Of a stretch of 64,000 nucleotides of DNA, positions 11,311 through 25,567 are shown in pieces. Each line of letters opens with the position of its first letter. The first letter of the stretch is position 1. The stretch is taken from the NCBI RefSeq assembly GCF_055900595.2, contig NZ_CM148325.1; one strand, given 5' to 3'. The notes under the pieces are model-generated. The model was not told the DNA's origin, ran no database searches, and saw nothing but the letters and a program-made list of their open reading frames with translations. Made by a program: the position numbers and the translations under genes.

Positions 11311-12018
11311 GAATAACGCCCACATGCTGTTCTTATTATTCCCTGGGGACTACGGGCACAGAGGTTAACTTTCTGTTACCTGGAGACGTCGGGATTTCCT
11401 TCCTCCGGTCTGCTTGCGGGTCAGACAGCGTCCTTTCTATAACTGCGCGTCATGCAAAACACTGCTTCCAGATGCGAAAACGACACGTTACAACGCTGGG
11501 TGGCTCGGGATTGCAGGGTGTTCCGGAGACCTGGCGGCAGTATAGGCCGTTCACAAAATCATTACAATTAACCTACATATAGTTTGTCGGGTTTTATCCC
11601 GAACAGTGATCTGGGTCACGATAACAACATTTATTTAATTTTTAATCATCTAATTTGACAATCATTCAACAAAGTTGTTACAAACATCACTAGGAAAAGC
11701 ATATAATGCGTAAAAGTTATGAAGTCAGTATTTCACCTAAGATTAACTTATGTAACAGTGTGGAAGTATTGACCAATTCATTCGGGACAGTTATTAGTGG
11801 TAGACAAGTTTAATAATTCGGATTGCTAAGTACTTGATTCGCCATTTATTCGTCATCAATGGATCCTTTACCTGCAAGCGCCCAGAGCTCTGTACCCAGG
11901 TTTTCCCCTCTTTCACAGAGCGGCGAGCCAAATAACAAACGGGTAAAGCCAGGTTGATGTGCGAAGGCAAATTTAAGTTCCGGCAGTCTTACGCAATAAG
12001 GCGCTAAGGAGACCTTAA
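11311..12018. promoter_or_regulatory. divergent gltA / sdhCDAB promoter and leader region
   Basis: 708 bp AT-rich interval between divergent sdhC and gltA; this is the known position of the gltA and sdhC promoters and the long sdhC leader; individual sites not mapped here. Confidence 0.6.
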
Positions 12019-13302
12019 ATGGCTGATACAAAAGCAAAACTCACCCTCAACGGGGATACAGCTGTTGAACTGGATGTGCTGAAAGGCACGCTGGGTCAAG
12101 ACGTTATTGATATCCGTACTCTCGGTTCAAAAGGTGTGTTCACCTTTGACCCAGGCTTCACTTCAACCGCATCCTGCGAATCTAAAATTACTTTTATTGA
12201 TGGTGATGAAGGTATTTTGCTGCACCGCGGTTTCCCGATCGATCAGCTGGCGACCGATTCTAACTACCTGGAAGTTTGTTACATCCTGCTGAATGGTGAA
12301 AAACCAACTCAGGAACAGTATGACGAATTTAAAACGACGGTGACCCGTCATACCATGATCCACGAGCAGATTACCCGTCTGTTCCATGCTTTCCGTCGCG
12401 ACTCGCATCCAATGGCAGTCATGTGTGGTATTACCGGCGCGCTGGCGGCGTTCTATCACGACTCGCTGGATGTTAACAATCCTCGTCATCGTGAAATTGC
12501 CGCGTTCCGCCTGCTGTCAAAAATGCCGACCATGGCCGCGATGTGTTACAAGTATTCCATTGGTCAGCCATTCGTTTACCCGCGCAACGATCTCTCCTAT
12601 GCCGGTAACTTCCTGAATATGATGTTCTCCACGCCGTGCGAACCGTATGAAGTTAATCCGATTCTGGAACGTGCTATGGACCGTATTCTGATCCTGCACG
12701 CTGACCATGAACAGAACGCCTCTACCTCCACCGTGCGTACCGCTGGCTCTTCGGGGGCGAACCCGTTTGCCTGTATCGCAGCAGGTATTGCTTCACTGTG
12801 GGGACCTGCGCACGGTGGTGCTAACGAAGCAGCGCTGAAAATGCTGGAAGAAATCAGCTCCGTTAAACACATTCCGGAATTTGTTCGTCGTGCGAAAGAC
12901 AAGAATGACTCTTTCCGCCTGATGGGCTTCGGTCACCGCGTGTACAAAAACTACGACCCGCGCGCCACCGTCATGCGTGAAACCTGCCACGAAGTCCTGA
13001 AAGAGCTGGGCACGAAGGATGACCTGCTGGAAGTAGCTATGGAGCTGGAAAATATCGCGCTGAACGACCCGTACTTTATTGAGAAAAAACTGTACCCTAA
13101 CGTCGATTTCTACTCTGGTATCATCCTGAAAGCGATGGGTATTCCGTCTTCCATGTTCACCGTCATATTCGCTATGGCACGTACAGTTGGCTGGATCGCC
13201 CACTGGAGCGAAATGCACAGTGATGGCATGAAGATTGCCCGTCCACGTCAGCTGTATACCGGCTATGAAAAACGCGATTTTAAAAGCGACATCAAACGTT
13301 AA
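12019..13302 (+). CDS. gltA: citrate synthase
   Basis: 427 aa, [36 protein letters not shown]... Confidence 0.98.
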   Translation: MADTKAKLTLNGDTAVELDVLKGTLGQDVIDIRTLGSKGVFTFDPGFTSTASCESKITFIDGDEGILLHRGFPIDQLATDSNYLEVCYILLNGEKPTQEQYDEFKTTVTRHTMIHEQITRLFHAFRRDSHPMAVMCGITGALAAFYHDSLDVNNPRHREIAAFRLLSKMPTMAAMCYKYSIGQPFVYPRNDLSYAGNFLNMMFSTPCEPYEVNPILERAMDRILILHADHEQNASTSTVRTAGSSGANPFACIAAGIASLWGPAHGGANEAALKMLEEISSVKHIPEFVRRAKDKNDSFRLMGFGHRVYKNYDPRATVMRETCHEVLKELGTKDDLLEVAMELENIALNDPYFIEKKLYPNVDFYSGIILKAMGIPSSMFTVIFAMARTVGWIAHWSEMHSDGMKIARPRQLYTGYEKRDFKSDIKR

Positions 13303-13331
13303 CTGCTGATTCCTAAGCTGTAAATTCTGTT

Positions 13332-13362
13332 AACCCGCCTTTAAAAGGCGGGTTAATTTTTA
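13332..13362 (+). terminator. gltA intrinsic terminator
   Basis: Hairpin AACCCGCCT-TTAAA-AGGCGGGTT followed by a T-run. Confidence 0.85.
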
Positions 13363-13694
13363 TCTACCTGAACACAAAAAAATGTAAAAATAAAATTAAT
13401 TAACCGGCTGACATTAATATTGCAAAATAATAGAATTGTTCATTTTATCGGCAAAATAATAAATTTTAATTAAGGTATCTGCTTTTAGTTACATTTATAA
13501 CCTCATGAAAATGAGGTATATCTCTCTCATTCCCCCCGATAACATTCATTAAATTATTAATTCATCACATCAATTAGTTAACCTTGCATTTAATATAATT
13601 AATAATATTTTTAAGTAAAACTAAAAACATTCGACAATCAAATAAGATATTCTGATATCGCTATACTTTTTCTATTTCTGTAAAGGACTCAGTT

Positions 13695-14261
13695 ATGTTT
13701 AAAGGACAAAAAACATTGGCCGCATTGGCCGTATCTCTGTTATTCACTGCACCGGTTTATGCAGCTGATGAAGGTTCTGGTGAAATTCACTTTAAAGGTG
13801 AGGTTATAGAAGCACCATGTGAAATACATCATGATGATATTGATAAAGAAATTGAGCTAGGTCAGGTGACCACCAGCCACATTAATCAGTCTCATCACAG
13901 CGATGCGGTTGCTGTCGACCTGCGTTTAATCAACTGCGACCTGGAAAACTCTAATAACGGTTCCGGTGGCAAGATTTCCAAAGTTGCGGTCACCTTCGAT
14001 AGCTCAGCGAAAACCACTGGCGCAGATCCGATACTCAACAATACCAGCACTGGCGAAGCCACCGGTGTCGGCGTGCGTTTAATGAATAAGGATCAAAGCA
14101 ATATCATTTTAGGCACTGCTTCTCCGGATATCGACCTCGCACCAACGTCCAGTGAACAAACACTGAACTTCTTTGCCTGGATGGAACAAATTGATCAAGC
14201 GACACCAGTAACGGCAGGGGCTGTTACAGCGAATGCAACCTACGTACTGGATTATAAATAA
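13695..14261 (+). CDS. ybgD: fimbrial major subunit-like protein
   Basis: 188 aa, signal peptide MFKGQKTLAALAVSLLFTAPVYA, fimbrial subunit fold; RBS AAAGGA upstream. Confidence 0.9.
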   Translation: MFKGQKTLAALAVSLLFTAPVYAADEGSGEIHFKGEVIEAPCEIHHDDIDKEIELGQVTTSHINQSHHSDAVAVDLRLINCDLENSNNGSGGKISKVAVTFDSSAKTTGADPILNNTSTGEATGVGVRLMNKDQSNIILGTASPDIDLAPTSSEQTLNFFAWMEQIDQATPVTAGAVTANATYVLDYK

Positions 14262-14310
14262 GCGTTATTGGGCGGCATCACTGCCGCCTTTCTTAAAATA
14301 TTTATCTGGT

Positions 14311-16770
14311 ATGGACACCGTGAATATTTATCGACTCTCTTTTGTATCCTGCCTGGTCATGGCGATGCCTTCCGCCATGGCGGTTGAATTCAACCTGAAT
14401 GTCCTCGACAAATCGATGCGTGAGCGCATTGATATTTCATTATTAAAGGAAAAAGGTGTCATTGCTCCCGGTGAATATTTTGTCAGCATTGCGGTAAATA
14501 ATAACCAAATCAGTAATGGGCAAAAAATTAACTGGCAAAAAAAGGGTGACAATACCATTCCGTGCATCAATGATTTATTGGTCGATAAATTTGGCTTAAA
14601 ACCTGAAGTCCGTCAGTCGTTACCCCTGATTAATCAGTGCGTCAATTTTAGCACCCGACCAGAAATGCTCTTCAATTTTGATCAGGCCAGTCAGCAACTG
14701 AATATCACCATCCCACAGGCCTGGCTGGCGTGGCACTCAGATAACTGGACTCCACCCTCCACATGGAAAGAAGGTGTCCCCGGTGTCCTGATGGATTACA
14801 ACTTGTTTGCCAGCAGCTACCGCCCACAGGATGGCAGCAGCAGCACTAATCTTAACGCCTACGGAACAGCCGGAATTAACGCGGGGGCATGGCGCTTACG
14901 CAGTGACTATCAGTTGAATCAAAATGATGGCGATGATAACCATGAGCAGTCAGGCGAAATATCACGTACCTATCTTTTTCGCCCGCTACCGCAATTAGGT
15001 TCAAAATTAACCCTCGGCGAAACGGATTTTAGTTCCAATATTTTCGACGGTTTTTCTTATACCGGCGCGGCACTGGCGAGTGACGACCGGATGTTACCGT
15101 GGGAACTGCGCGGCTACGCTCCACAAATTAGCGGTATTGCACAAACCAATGCCACGGTGACGATCAGTCAATCAGGCCGCGTCATCTACCAGAAAAAAGT
15201 CCCGCCAGGCCCGTTTATCATTGATGATCTGAATCAGTCCGTCCAGGGGACGCTGGATGTCAAAGTGACGGAAGAAGATGGTCGGGTGAACAATTTCCAG
15301 GTTTCGGCAGCATCGACGCCTTTCCTTACGCGCCAGGGGCAGGTTCGTTATAAACTGGCCGCGGGTCAGCCACGGCCCTCCATGTCTCATCAAACTGAAA
15401 ATGAAACCTTTTTTAGCAATGAAGTTTCCTGGGGGATGCTGTCAAATACCTCGCTGTACGGCGGCCTGCTGATTTCGGGTGATGACTACCATTCTGCCGC
15501 AATGGGTATCGGGCAAAATATGCTGTGGCTTGGCGCGCTATCGTTTGATGTCACCTGGGCCAGTAGCCATTTTGATACCGAGCAGGACGAGCGGGGATTA
15601 AGCTACCGCTTTAATTACAGCAAACAAGTGGATGCCACTAACAGCACGATTTCGCTCGCCGCTTATCGCTTCTCAGATCGTCATTTTCACAGCTACGCCA
15701 ACTATCTGGATCACAAATACAACGACAACGATGCGCAGGACGAAAAACAGACGATCAGCTTATCCGTGGGGCAACCGATTACCCCACTGAACCTCAATCT
15801 GTACGCCAACCTGCTGCATCAAACCTGGTGGAATGCAGACGCCTCCACGACCGCCAACATTACGGCGGGTTTTAATGTTGATATTGGTAACTGGAGAGAT
15901 ATCTCGATCTCGACGTCATTCAATACAACCCATTACGAAGATAAAGATCGCGACAACCAGATTTACCTGTCGATTTCGCTTCCCTTCGGTAACGGTGGTC
16001 GGGTCGGTTATGACATGCAAAACAGTAGCCACAGCACCACACACCGCATGTCGTGGAACGATACGCTGGATGAACGAAATAGCTGGGGGATGTCTGCTGG
16101 ACTACAATCCGACCGTCCGGACAATGGAGTCCAGGTGAGCGGTAACTATCAGCACCTGAGTTCAGCGGGTGAGTGGGATCTTTCTGGTACTTATGCTGCC
16201 AATGACTACAGTTCTGTTAGCAGCAGCTGGAGTGGTTCTTTCACGGCGACGCAATATGGTGCAGCCGTCCATCGCCGCAGCTCCACCAATGAACCACGCC
16301 TGATGGTCAGCACCGATGGCGTGGCAGATATTCCGGTTCAGGGCAATCTCGACTACACCAACCATTTTGGCATTGCAGTGGTACCGCTGGTTTCCAGTTA
16401 TCAACCTTCCACCGTGGCCGTGAACATGAACGACTTACCCGACGGCGTGACGGTGACAGAAAACGTCATCAAAGAAACGTGGATTGAAGGCGCAATAGGT
16501 TACAAATCACTGGCATCCCGTTCCGGTAAAGACATTAACGTCATCATTCGCAACGCCAGCGGTCAGTTCCCTCCCCTCGGTGCAGATATCCGTCAGGATG
16601 GCAGCAGCATTAGCGTGGGGATGGTTGGCGAGGAAGGACACGCCTGGTTAAGCGGAGTCGCTGAGAATCAAAAGTTTACCGTGGTCTGGGGTGATAGTCA
16701 GCGTTGCTCGCTCCATCTTCCTGAACATATGGAAGACACCGCAAATCGCCTGATTTTACCTTGTCATTAA
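14311..16770 (+). CDS. ybgQ: fimbrial outer-membrane usher
   Basis: About 819 aa; start placed at MDTVNIYRLSFVSCLVMAMPSAMA signal peptide; exact start uncertain. Confidence 0.88.
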   Translation: MDTVNIYRLSFVSCLVMAMPSAMAVEFNLNVLDKSMRERIDISLLKEKGVIAPGEYFVSIAVNNNQISNGQKINWQKKGDNTIPCINDLLVDKFGLKPEVRQSLPLINQCVNFSTRPEMLFNFDQASQQLNITIPQAWLAWHSDNWTPPSTWKEGVPGVLMDYNLFASSYRPQDGSSSTNLNAYGTAGINAGAWRLRSDYQLNQNDGDDNHEQSGEISRTYLFRPLPQLGSKLTLGETDFSSNIFDGFSYTGAALASDDRMLPWELRGYAPQISGIAQTNATVTISQSGRVIYQKKVPPGPFIIDDLNQSVQGTLDVKVTEEDGRVNNFQVSAASTPFLTRQGQVRYKLAAGQPRPSMSHQTENETFFSNEVSWGMLSNTSLYGGLLISGDDYHSAAMGIGQNMLWLGALSFDVTWASSHFDTEQDERGLSYRFNYSKQVDATNSTISLAAYRFSDRHFHSYANYLDHKYNDNDAQDEKQTISLSVGQPITPLNLNLYANLLHQTWWNADASTTANITAGFNVDIGNWRDISISTSFNTTHYEDKDRDNQIYLSISLPFGNGGRVGYDMQNSSHSTTHRMSWNDTLDERNSWGMSAGLQSDRPDNGVQVSGNYQHLSSAGEWDLSGTYAANDYSSVSSSWSGSFTATQYGAAVHRRSSTNEPRLMVSTDGVADIPVQGNLDYTNHFGIAVVPLVSSYQPSTVAVNMNDLPDGVTVTENVIKETWIEGAIGYKSLASRSGKDINVIIRNASGQFPPLGADIRQDGSSISVGMVGEEGHAWLSGVAENQKFTVVWGDSQRCSLHLPEHMEDTANRLILPCH

Positions 16771-16784
16771 TTAAGGAAATGAAA

Positions 16785-17516
16785 ATGACATTTATGAAAG
16801 GACTTCCCCTTTTGTTGTTGGTTACCAGTCTGTGTAGCCACGCTGCACTACAACCCGACCGCACTCGCATTGTGTTTAACGCTAATGATAAAGCTACCAG
16901 TCTGCGAGTAGATAATCGTAGCGATAAACTCCCCTACCTCGCTTATTCCTGGCTCGAAAATGAAAAAGGGGAGAAAAGCGACGATCTTCTGGTCGCCCTG
17001 CCACCGATACAACGTCTGGAACCGAAAGCAACAACGCAGGTGCGGATAGTCAAGCAAGCCTCGACCGCGAAATTACCGGGCGATCGCGAAACGCTATTTT
17101 TCTACAATATGCGTGAAATTCCTCCCGCCCCGGAAAAAAACAGCGACCATGCCGTTCTGCAAGTCGCCATCCAGAGCCGTATCAAGGTGTTCTGGCGACC
17201 GTCTGCATTACGCAAGAAAGCAGGAGAAAAGGTCGAACTGCAGTTACAGGTCAGCCAGCAGGGCAATCAGCTTAGCTTAAAAAACCCTACTGGCTATTAT
17301 CTGACCATCGCGTATCTTGGGCGAAATGAGCAAAGCGTTCTCCCGGGCTTCAAAACTGTGATGATTGCGCCTTTTAGTACAGTAAGCACAACCACTGGAA
17401 ATTATAGTGGCAGCCAGTTTTATCTCGGTTATATGGATGATTATGGCGCATTACGCATGACAACGCTCAACTGTAACGGGCAATGCCGTTTACAGGCGGT
17501 GGAGGCGAAGAAATGA
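16785..17516 (+). CDS. ybgP: fimbrial periplasmic chaperone
   Basis: About 243 aa, signal peptide [20 protein letters not shown], PapD-like; start chosen for AAGGA spacing, uncertain by a few codons. Confidence 0.88.
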   Translation: MTFMKGLPLLLLVTSLCSHAALQPDRTRIVFNANDKATSLRVDNRSDKLPYLAYSWLENEKGEKSDDLLVALPPIQRLEPKATTQVRIVKQASTAKLPGDRETLFFYNMREIPPAPEKNSDHAVLQVAIQSRIKVFWRPSALRKKAGEKVELQLQVSQQGNQLSLKNPTGYYLTIAYLGRNEQSVLPGFKTVMIAPFSTVSTTTGNYSGSQFYLGYMDDYGALRMTTLNCNGQCRLQAVEAKK

Positions 17517-18574
17517 GTGCTGGCAAGGGATTGTTGCTCATCATCTATTTGTTATTTCTACCGTTAAAATCTGCGCTTGCCCTGAACTGTTACTTTGGTT
17601 CATCCGGTGGTTCGGTAGAAAAATCGGAATCTATTCAACCATTTGCTGTACCAGGGAATGCCAAACCCGGCGATAAGATCTGGGAGTCTGACGATATTAA
17701 AATTCCCGTCTATTGTGACAACAATACCAACGGCAACTTTGAGAGCGAGCATGTCTACGCCTGGGTAAACCCGTACCCGGGAATTCAGGATCGCTATTAT
17801 CAACTCGGCGTAACTTACAATGGTGTTGATTATGATGCTAACCAGGGAAAAAGCCGCATCGACACTAACCAGTGCATCGACAGCAAAAACATTAATATTT
17901 ATACCCCTGAGCAGATCATCGCGATGGGATGGCAGAACAAAATTTGCTCTGGTGATCCCAATAATATTCATATGTCGCGTACGTTTCTCGCTCGCATGCG
18001 GTTATACGTCAAGATACGAGAGATACCGCCGCATGATTATCAAAGCACGCTCAGCGATTACATTGTGGTGCAATTTGATGGCGAAGGAAGCGTTAATGAG
18101 GACCCTACCGCCCAAAACCTGAAATATCATATTACCGGTCTGGAAAACATTCGGGTATTGGATTGCAGCGTCAATTTTTCTATTACCCCAGCCAACCAGG
18201 TCATTGATTTTGGTAAATTTAATGTACTGGATATCCGGCGACACAACATGACAAAAACATTCGGTATTAAAACGACAAAATCACAAAACGATCAATGTAC
18301 CGACGGATTCAAAGTCAGCTCTTCGTTTTATACCGAAGAAACATTGATTGAAGAGGATAAAGCACTGCTGATTGGCAATGGTCTGAAGCTACGTTTACTG
18401 GATGAAAACGCCTCGCCCTATACCTTCAACAAATACAGCGAATATGCCGACTTCACCAGTGACATGCTGATCTACGAAAAAACCTATACGGCTGAACTTT
18501 CGTCTATTCCCGGCACTCCCATTGAGGCTGGCTCCTTCGATACCGTGGTGCTTTTTAAGATTAACTATAACTAA
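17513..18574 (+). CDS. ybgO: fimbrial adhesin-like protein
   Basis: 353 aa from [23 protein letters not shown]; overlaps ybgP stop. Confidence 0.85.
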   Translation: MSAGKGLLLIIYLLFLPLKSALALNCYFGSSGGSVEKSESIQPFAVPGNAKPGDKIWESDDIKIPVYCDNNTNGNFESEHVYAWVNPYPGIQDRYYQLGVTYNGVDYDANQGKSRIDTNQCIDSKNINIYTPEQIIAMGWQNKICSGDPNNIHMSRTFLARMRLYVKIREIPPHDYQSTLSDYIVVQFDGEGSVNEDPTAQNLKYHITGLENIRVLDCSVNFSITPANQVIDFGKFNVLDIRRHNMTKTFGIKTTKSQNDQCTDGFKVSSSFYTEETLIEEDKALLIGNGLKLRLLDENASPYTFNKYSEYADFTSDMLIYEKTYTAELSSIPGTPIEAGSFDTVVLFKINYN

Positions 18575-18583
18575 TTTCCCATG

Positions 18584-18615
18584 ATGCCCTTTGCAACCGA
18601 AAGGGCATCTCTTTC
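18584..18615 (+). terminator. putative terminator of the ybgDQPO operon
   Basis: Hairpin ATGCCCTTT-GCAACCG-AAAGGGCAT followed by a T-rich stretch. Confidence 0.55.
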
Positions 18616-18724
18616 AGAAAATTGCTGATTTTCCCCTTTTCCTTGATTGCTGTTATTTTTTCCTGGCCCGGCTTTCTTTATGCTGTATCGATACACCAAA
18701 GAGAAAATAATGAGGAAGCGAAGG

Positions 18725-19771
18725 ATGCCAGTTTTGCAGTGGGGAATGTTATGTGTGCTCTCACTTCTCCTTTCTATTGGCTTCCTCGGATTACATCTCC
18801 CGGCGGCGCTATTACTTGGGCCGATGCTCGCCGGGATCATCTTCAGTATGCGCGGGGTTACCCTGCAACTCCCCCGCTCCGCTTTTCTCGCCGCGCAGGC
18901 CATTCTTGGCTGCATGATTGCGCAAAACCTGACCGGTTCGATCCTGACCACGCTAGCGGTGAACTGGCCGATTGTGTTAGCTATTTTACTGGTGACGTTA
19001 CTTTCCAGCGCCATCGTGGGTTGGTTATTGGTGCGCTATAGCTCACTGCCTGGAAATACCGGTGCCTGGGGTTCTTCGCCAGGCGGCGCGGCTGCGATGG
19101 TTGCTATGGCACAGGATTACGGCGCAGATATTCGTCTGGTGGCGTTTATGCAATACCTACGAGTGCTGTTCGTCGCGGGGGCGGCGGTACTGGTTACGCG
19201 GATGATGTTGGGTGATAACGCTGAAGCGGTTAACCAGCAGATCGTCTGGTTCCCGCCAGTGAGCATTAATCTCCTGCTTACGATTTTGCTCGCGGTCGTT
19301 GCCGGTACGGCGGGATGCTTGCTACGTCTTCCTTCCGGCACGATGCTCATCCCGATGCTGGCGGGCGCAGTGCTCCAGTCTGGTCAGCTCATCACCATCG
19401 AACTACCAGAATGGCTGCTGGCGATGGCGTATATGGCAATTGGCTGGCGGATTGGTCTTGGTTTCGATAAGCAAATCTTACTGCGGGCATTGCGCCCGCT
19501 GCCACAAATCTTGCTGTCGATTTTTACTCTGCTGGCTATTTGTGCAGGTATGGCGTGGGGACTGACCCGGTTTATGCATATTGATTTTATGACTGCCTAC
19601 CTCGCCACCAGTCCCGGCGGGCTTGATACCGTGGCGGTCATCGCCGCAGGGAGCAATGCCGATATGGCGCTTATTATGGCGATGCAAACCCTACGCCTGT
19701 TCAGTATTTTGCTGACGGGGCCAGCCATTGCGCGGTTTATTTCAACCTATGCGCCGAAGCGGTCGGCCTAG
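18725..19771 (+). CDS. abrB: AbrB-family membrane protein (putative regulator/transporter)
   Basis: 348 aa from [17 protein letters not shown], polytopic membrane protein; last 4 nt overlap the convergent nei stop. Confidence 0.85.
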   Translation: MPVLQWGMLCVLSLLLSIGFLGLHLPAALLLGPMLAGIIFSMRGVTLQLPRSAFLAAQAILGCMIAQNLTGSILTTLAVNWPIVLAILLVTLLSSAIVGWLLVRYSSLPGNTGAWGSSPGGAAAMVAMAQDYGADIRLVAFMQYLRVLFVAGAAVLVTRMMLGDNAEAVNQQIVWFPPVSINLLLTILLAVVAGTAGCLLRLPSGTMLIPMLAGAVLQSGQLITIELPEWLLAMAYMAIGWRIGLGFDKQILLRALRPLPQILLSIFTLLAICAGMAWGLTRFMHIDFMTAYLATSPGGLDTVAVIAAGSNADMALIMAMQTLRLFSILLTGPAIARFISTYAPKRSA

Positions 19772-20559
19772 TGCTGGCAGCCTGGACACCAGTAAAACGG
19801 GCGCGAGGACAACGTGGTTTTCTCAATGATGCTGCCACAACGTTCGCACGGTTCGCCATCACGATGAAAAACCTTAAAGCGAAACAGCGCCCCATGATGT
19901 TTATTCTCATCCACCTGCCCCCGCGTAGCGTAAGAAAGTCGAGGAATCTCCAGTAACGCGTGTGCGAGTGCATCCAGTTGCGCCGCATTGAGATCTTTCG
20001 CTTTATGATTGCCGGTTAACCCCACCTGCCAGAGGATCTCCACCCGCAAATAATTGCCAAGCCCAGCCAGAAACGCCTGATCGAGTAGTAATCCAGCAAA
20101 CTGACGGTTACGAAAGCGCGGCGACAATAACCGTTCTTTCGCCACCTCCGGCGTCAGATTCGGGTCGAGTACATCGGGGCCAACGCGTTGTAAAAACGGA
20201 TGCGTGGTCAGTTGTTTCGGGGTCAACATCTCAATATCCGAGGCGCTATAAAGCAGAATGGTTTTGTCAGCCGTTTGCAGTTTTACCCGCAATACTCGCG
20301 TGGTCTGCGGCTCTTCGCCGGTATCAACCACGCGCCAGACGCCGTAAAGCTGATTATGGCTGTAGAGCGTTAACCCGTTGGAAAAATGAGTTAACAACGC
20401 CTTACCTCGCGTTTCCACATGGGTAACGTGTTGACCGATAAGTTGTGATTGATAAGGTTTTAACTGCGGGAAGGCAAACCAGACATCAGTTAGAGGTTTA
20501 CCTTTGATCGCCGCCTCCAGGTTATCCGCTGCACGGCGGATCTCCGGGCCTTCAGGCAT
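19768..20559 (-). CDS. nei: endonuclease VIII (DNA glycosylase/AP lyase)
   Basis: 263 aa, N-terminal MPEGPEI catalytic Pro2 motif, C-terminal zinc finger [26 protein letters not shown]. Confidence 0.96.
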   Translation of the reverse strand: MPEGPEIRRAADNLEAAIKGKPLTDVWFAFPQLKPYQSQLIGQHVTHVETRGKALLTHFSNGLTLYSHNQLYGVWRVVDTGEEPQTTRVLRVKLQTADKTILLYSASDIEMLTPKQLTTHPFLQRVGPDVLDPNLTPEVAKERLLSPRFRNRQFAGLLLDQAFLAGLGNYLRVEILWQVGLTGNHKAKDLNAAQLDALAHALLEIPRLSYATRGQVDENKHHGALFRFKVFHRDGEPCERCGSIIEKTTLSSRPFYWCPGCQH

Positions 20560-20594
20560 GGTGATATCCTTTTTTCATTCTTTATTAAGCGGGG

Positions 20595-21329
20595 CTATGC
20601 TGCGACAACAATCCCCTTTTCGGCAAATGTAGAGCGTAGTCGGCGGGCGAACGCCAGTGCGTGTTCTCCATCGCCATGCAGGCAGACCGTTTGCGCCGTG
20701 ACCGTTGCCCATTCGCCGTTGATACTTTTGACTCTGCCGTGTTGCACCATCTCCAGCGTCTGCGCCAGCGCCTGTTCTTCGTCTTCAATCAGCGCGCCTG
20801 GCTGGCTTCGCGGCACCAGCGAGCCGTCAGCCTTGTAACCGCGATCGGCAAACACTTCCTCGCGCGTTGTCAGGCCATATTGCTTGCCTGCACGAATCAG
20901 CTCGCTTCCCGCCAGCCCGACGAGAATCAATGCCGGATCGCAAGCGTATACCGCTCTGGCGATGGCGTCTGCCAGTTGTGCCTCTTTCGCCGCCTGGTTA
21001 TACAACATGCCGTGCGGTTTGACATGACGCATTACGCCGCCTTGAGCACGGGCAATCGTTGCCAGCGCGCCAATTTGATACAGCGTCTGGGCGTAAACGG
21101 TTTCTGGCGGCAGCTGCATGGCGCTGCGACCAAAATTTTCCCTGTCGGGAAAACTCGGGTGAGCGCCAATCGCAACACCATTTTTTATTGCTTCACGCAC
21201 GCAAGCCTGCATGGTTTGCGCATCGCCAGCATGAAATCCACAGGCAATATTGGCAGAGGAAACCAGCGTTAATAGCTCTGCGTCGCTGACACAGCCTTCG
21301 CCCAGATCGGCGTTCAGGTCAATTTTCAT
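20595..21329 (-). CDS. pxpA: 5-oxoprolinase subunit A (LamB/YcsF family)
   Basis: 244 aa, [12 protein letters not shown]... Confidence 0.93.
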   Translation of the reverse strand: MKIDLNADLGEGCVSDAELLTLVSSANIACGFHAGDAQTMQACVREAIKNGVAIGAHPSFPDRENFGRSAMQLPPETVYAQTLYQIGALATIARAQGGVMRHVKPHGMLYNQAAKEAQLADAIARAVYACDPALILVGLAGSELIRAGKQYGLTTREEVFADRGYKADGSLVPRSQPGALIEDEEQALAQTLEMVQHGRVKSINGEWATVTAQTVCLHGDGEHALAFARRLRSTFAEKGIVVAA

Positions 21330-22251
21330 TGTGCAGCCGCCACGCTAATTGTTCGAAATAACGTTGCTGATCTTGCCGTGCTTTCAGTGCCTCTTCCAGT
21401 GAACACTGGACAAAATGAATCGGCTGACCGAGCGGAATTTGCGCCAGATGGTACATATCAGCCTCAATGATACAGGCAATACGCGGATAACCACCGGTGG
21501 TCTGTGCGTCGTTCATCAATACAATCGGCTGGCCGTTATGCGGCACCTGCACCACGCCCGGCAACAAACCATGAGATAACAGTTCGCGATCGGTGGTGCG
21601 TTTTAAAATTTGCCCCTGTAAGCGATAACCCATACGGTTACTTTGCGGGCTAAGTTGCCACGGCGAACGCCAGAATGCATCCTGCGAGGCACGATCGAAC
21701 TCATGATATTCTGGCCCTGGCAAGGCGCGAATGCGGTTGCCCCACAGCAGCTGTTTAACGCCCTGCGCTTCCATAAAATCACGCTTCGCTTTGCCCATCG
21801 GGAGACGGTCACCATCCTTCAGTAAACGGCCTTCTAACCCGCCAATCCCCACTTTAAGATCGGTACTGCATGACCCCATAACCGACGGAACATCAAATCC
21901 GCCCGCAACCGCCAGATAACTGCGCATCCCATGCTGCGGGCGTTTAAGGGTTAAACGCTGGCCTGCTTTCATCGGCAAGCGCCAGCCGGTCCAGACAGCA
22001 TTATCATCCAGCCGCGCTTCGCAACCTGCACCGGTCAGGGCAAACCAACCATCAGTTTCGAACTCTACCGTTAACTGACCGAGCGTTATCTCCAGCGCGG
22101 GGGCATTGGCGTCATTACCCACCAGCAGGTTAGCAATGCGTAACGCAGGCATATCCAGTGCGCCGCAGTGGCTGATACCCGACTGGCGAAAACCGTGACG
22201 ACCGCCATCCTGCACAGTGGTATACATGCCCGCACGAATAATCTTCAGCAT
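21319..22251 (-). CDS. pxpC: 5-oxoprolinase subunit C (KipA-like)
   Basis: 310 aa; overlaps pxpA start and pxpB stop. Confidence 0.92.
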
Positions 22252-22901
22252 ACTCCCTCCTTCTGCGGTACAAAGCGCACGCTGTCTCCCGGACGTAATA
22301 AGATGGGTTCGTCACGCGCCGGATCAAACAGGCTGAGTGAGGTATGACCAATCAACTGCCAGCCGCCCGGCGTTGCCAGCGGATAAACACCGGTCTGCGG
22401 CCCGCCGATCCCGACAGAACCTGCCGGAACGAGCAAGCGCGGCTCAGCGCGCCGTGGCGTGTGTAGTTGTTCCGGCAAACTCCCGAGATACGGGAAGCCC
22501 GGTTGAAAACCTAAAAACCAGACCACGTATTCCACAGAGGAGTGCAATTCAACAACCTGTTTTTCGCTCAATCCACAATGCGCCGCGACCACCGCCAAAT
22601 CCGGTCCGCCTGCACCACCGTAAACCACCGGAATTTCAATAAAACGAGACTCCGGCTCCAGCGCCTCACTCTCCTCCCACCAGCGTTGCAAACGCTCTAT
22701 GGCATCCAGCGCCAGCGACTCAGGATTACGTAAAATCACCGTGATATTGTTCATGCCGGGAATGGCTTCAACCACATTCGGCATATCCACCAGACGCTGC
22801 GCCAGTCGCCAGATCCGTTTCTGGCTAGCCAGCGTCACCGGCGGTTCCAGCTCCAGCACTACCGCCGTTTCACCTATCAGATAACAACGCGCTCGTTGCA
22901 C
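22245..22901 (-). CDS. pxpB: 5-oxoprolinase subunit B (KipI-like)
   Basis: 218 aa. Confidence 0.92.
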
Positions 22902-22923
22902 TTTCGATCCCTCTGATTATTCG

Positions 22924-23667
22924 TTATGCAGGATTAGGAATATCAATAAAGGTCACATCAAGATCGGTATTTTCATTCAGCCACTCACTCAATGCGCGAA
23001 TACCACCGCGTTCGGTGGCATGGTGACCCGCAGCATAAAAATGCAATCCCTGCTCGCGGGCTGAATGAATGGTCTGTTCAGAAACTTCGCCAGTAATAAA
23101 AGCATCCACGCCAAAACGCGCGGCGCTATCGATAAAACTTTGCCCGCCGCCCGTGCACCAGGCAACGCGCTGAATCACCTCAGGTCCGGTATCGCCACAC
23201 CATAACGGCTTACGTCCCAGACGCGCTTCAATCCAGGAAGCCAATTCCAGTCCCGGCACAGGCATAGTCAGTTCGCCCCACGGCACTAACGGCTCAATTT
23301 CACCCAAGACCGTAATCCCAAGTAACGCCGCCAGCTGTGCGTTATTGCCCAGCTCCGGATGCGCGTCCAACGGCAGATGCCAGCCATACAGGTTGATATC
23401 ATTCGCCAACAATGTTTTTAAGCGGTTACGCTTCATACCGCGAATTACTGGCGATTCCCCTTTCCAGAAATAACCATGATGCACAATGACCGCATCCGCG
23501 CCCAGACGCACCGCTTCATCGAGCAAAGCCTGGCTGGCGGTGACACCGGTAACAATTTTTTGCACCGTCTCTTTGCCTTCCACCTGCAAACCATTCGGCG
23601 CGTAATCACTAATCGCCGCGCTGTTCAGTTTTTCGTTAATCAGTTGTTCCAGTTCGGTGTTTTTCAT
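22924..23667 (-). CDS. ybgI: Nif3-family metal-binding protein
   Basis: 247 aa, MKNTELEQLINEKLNSAAISDYAPNGLQVEG... Confidence 0.93.
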   Translation of the reverse strand: MKNTELEQLINEKLNSAAISDYAPNGLQVEGKETVQKIVTGVTASQALLDEAVRLGADAVIVHHGYFWKGESPVIRGMKRNRLKTLLANDINLYGWHLPLDAHPELGNNAQLAALLGITVLGEIEPLVPWGELTMPVPGLELASWIEARLGRKPLWCGDTGPEVIQRVAWCTGGGQSFIDSAARFGVDAFITGEVSEQTIHSAREQGLHFYAAGHHATERGGIRALSEWLNENTDLDVTFIDIPNPA

Positions 23668-23754
23668 CTTCGCGCCTTCCGTATTCTGATAGCTACACCG
23701 TTAACATAGCGTTACCTCGCCTGTTCGTCGATAGCCAATCTTTTGACATATTAA

Positions 23755-25419
<1,665 letters not shown>

Positions 25420-25431
25420 CAGGCCAGCACC

Positions 25432-25567
25432 GATGCCTGATAAGACGCTTAATGCGTCTTATCAGGCCTGGATGTCCCTGCAATATATTGAATTTGCACT
25501 ATTTGCCAGGCCGGAGAAGGCGTTCACGCAGTATCCGGCATCCGGGCAAGATTGCCTGACGCGTCTG
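25432..25567. repeat. REP/BIME cluster
   Basis: GCCTGATAAGACGC...GCGTCTTATCAGGCC and GGCCGGAGAAGGCGTTCACGC...CCGGCATCCGG palindromes between dtpD and phr. Confidence 0.75.
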
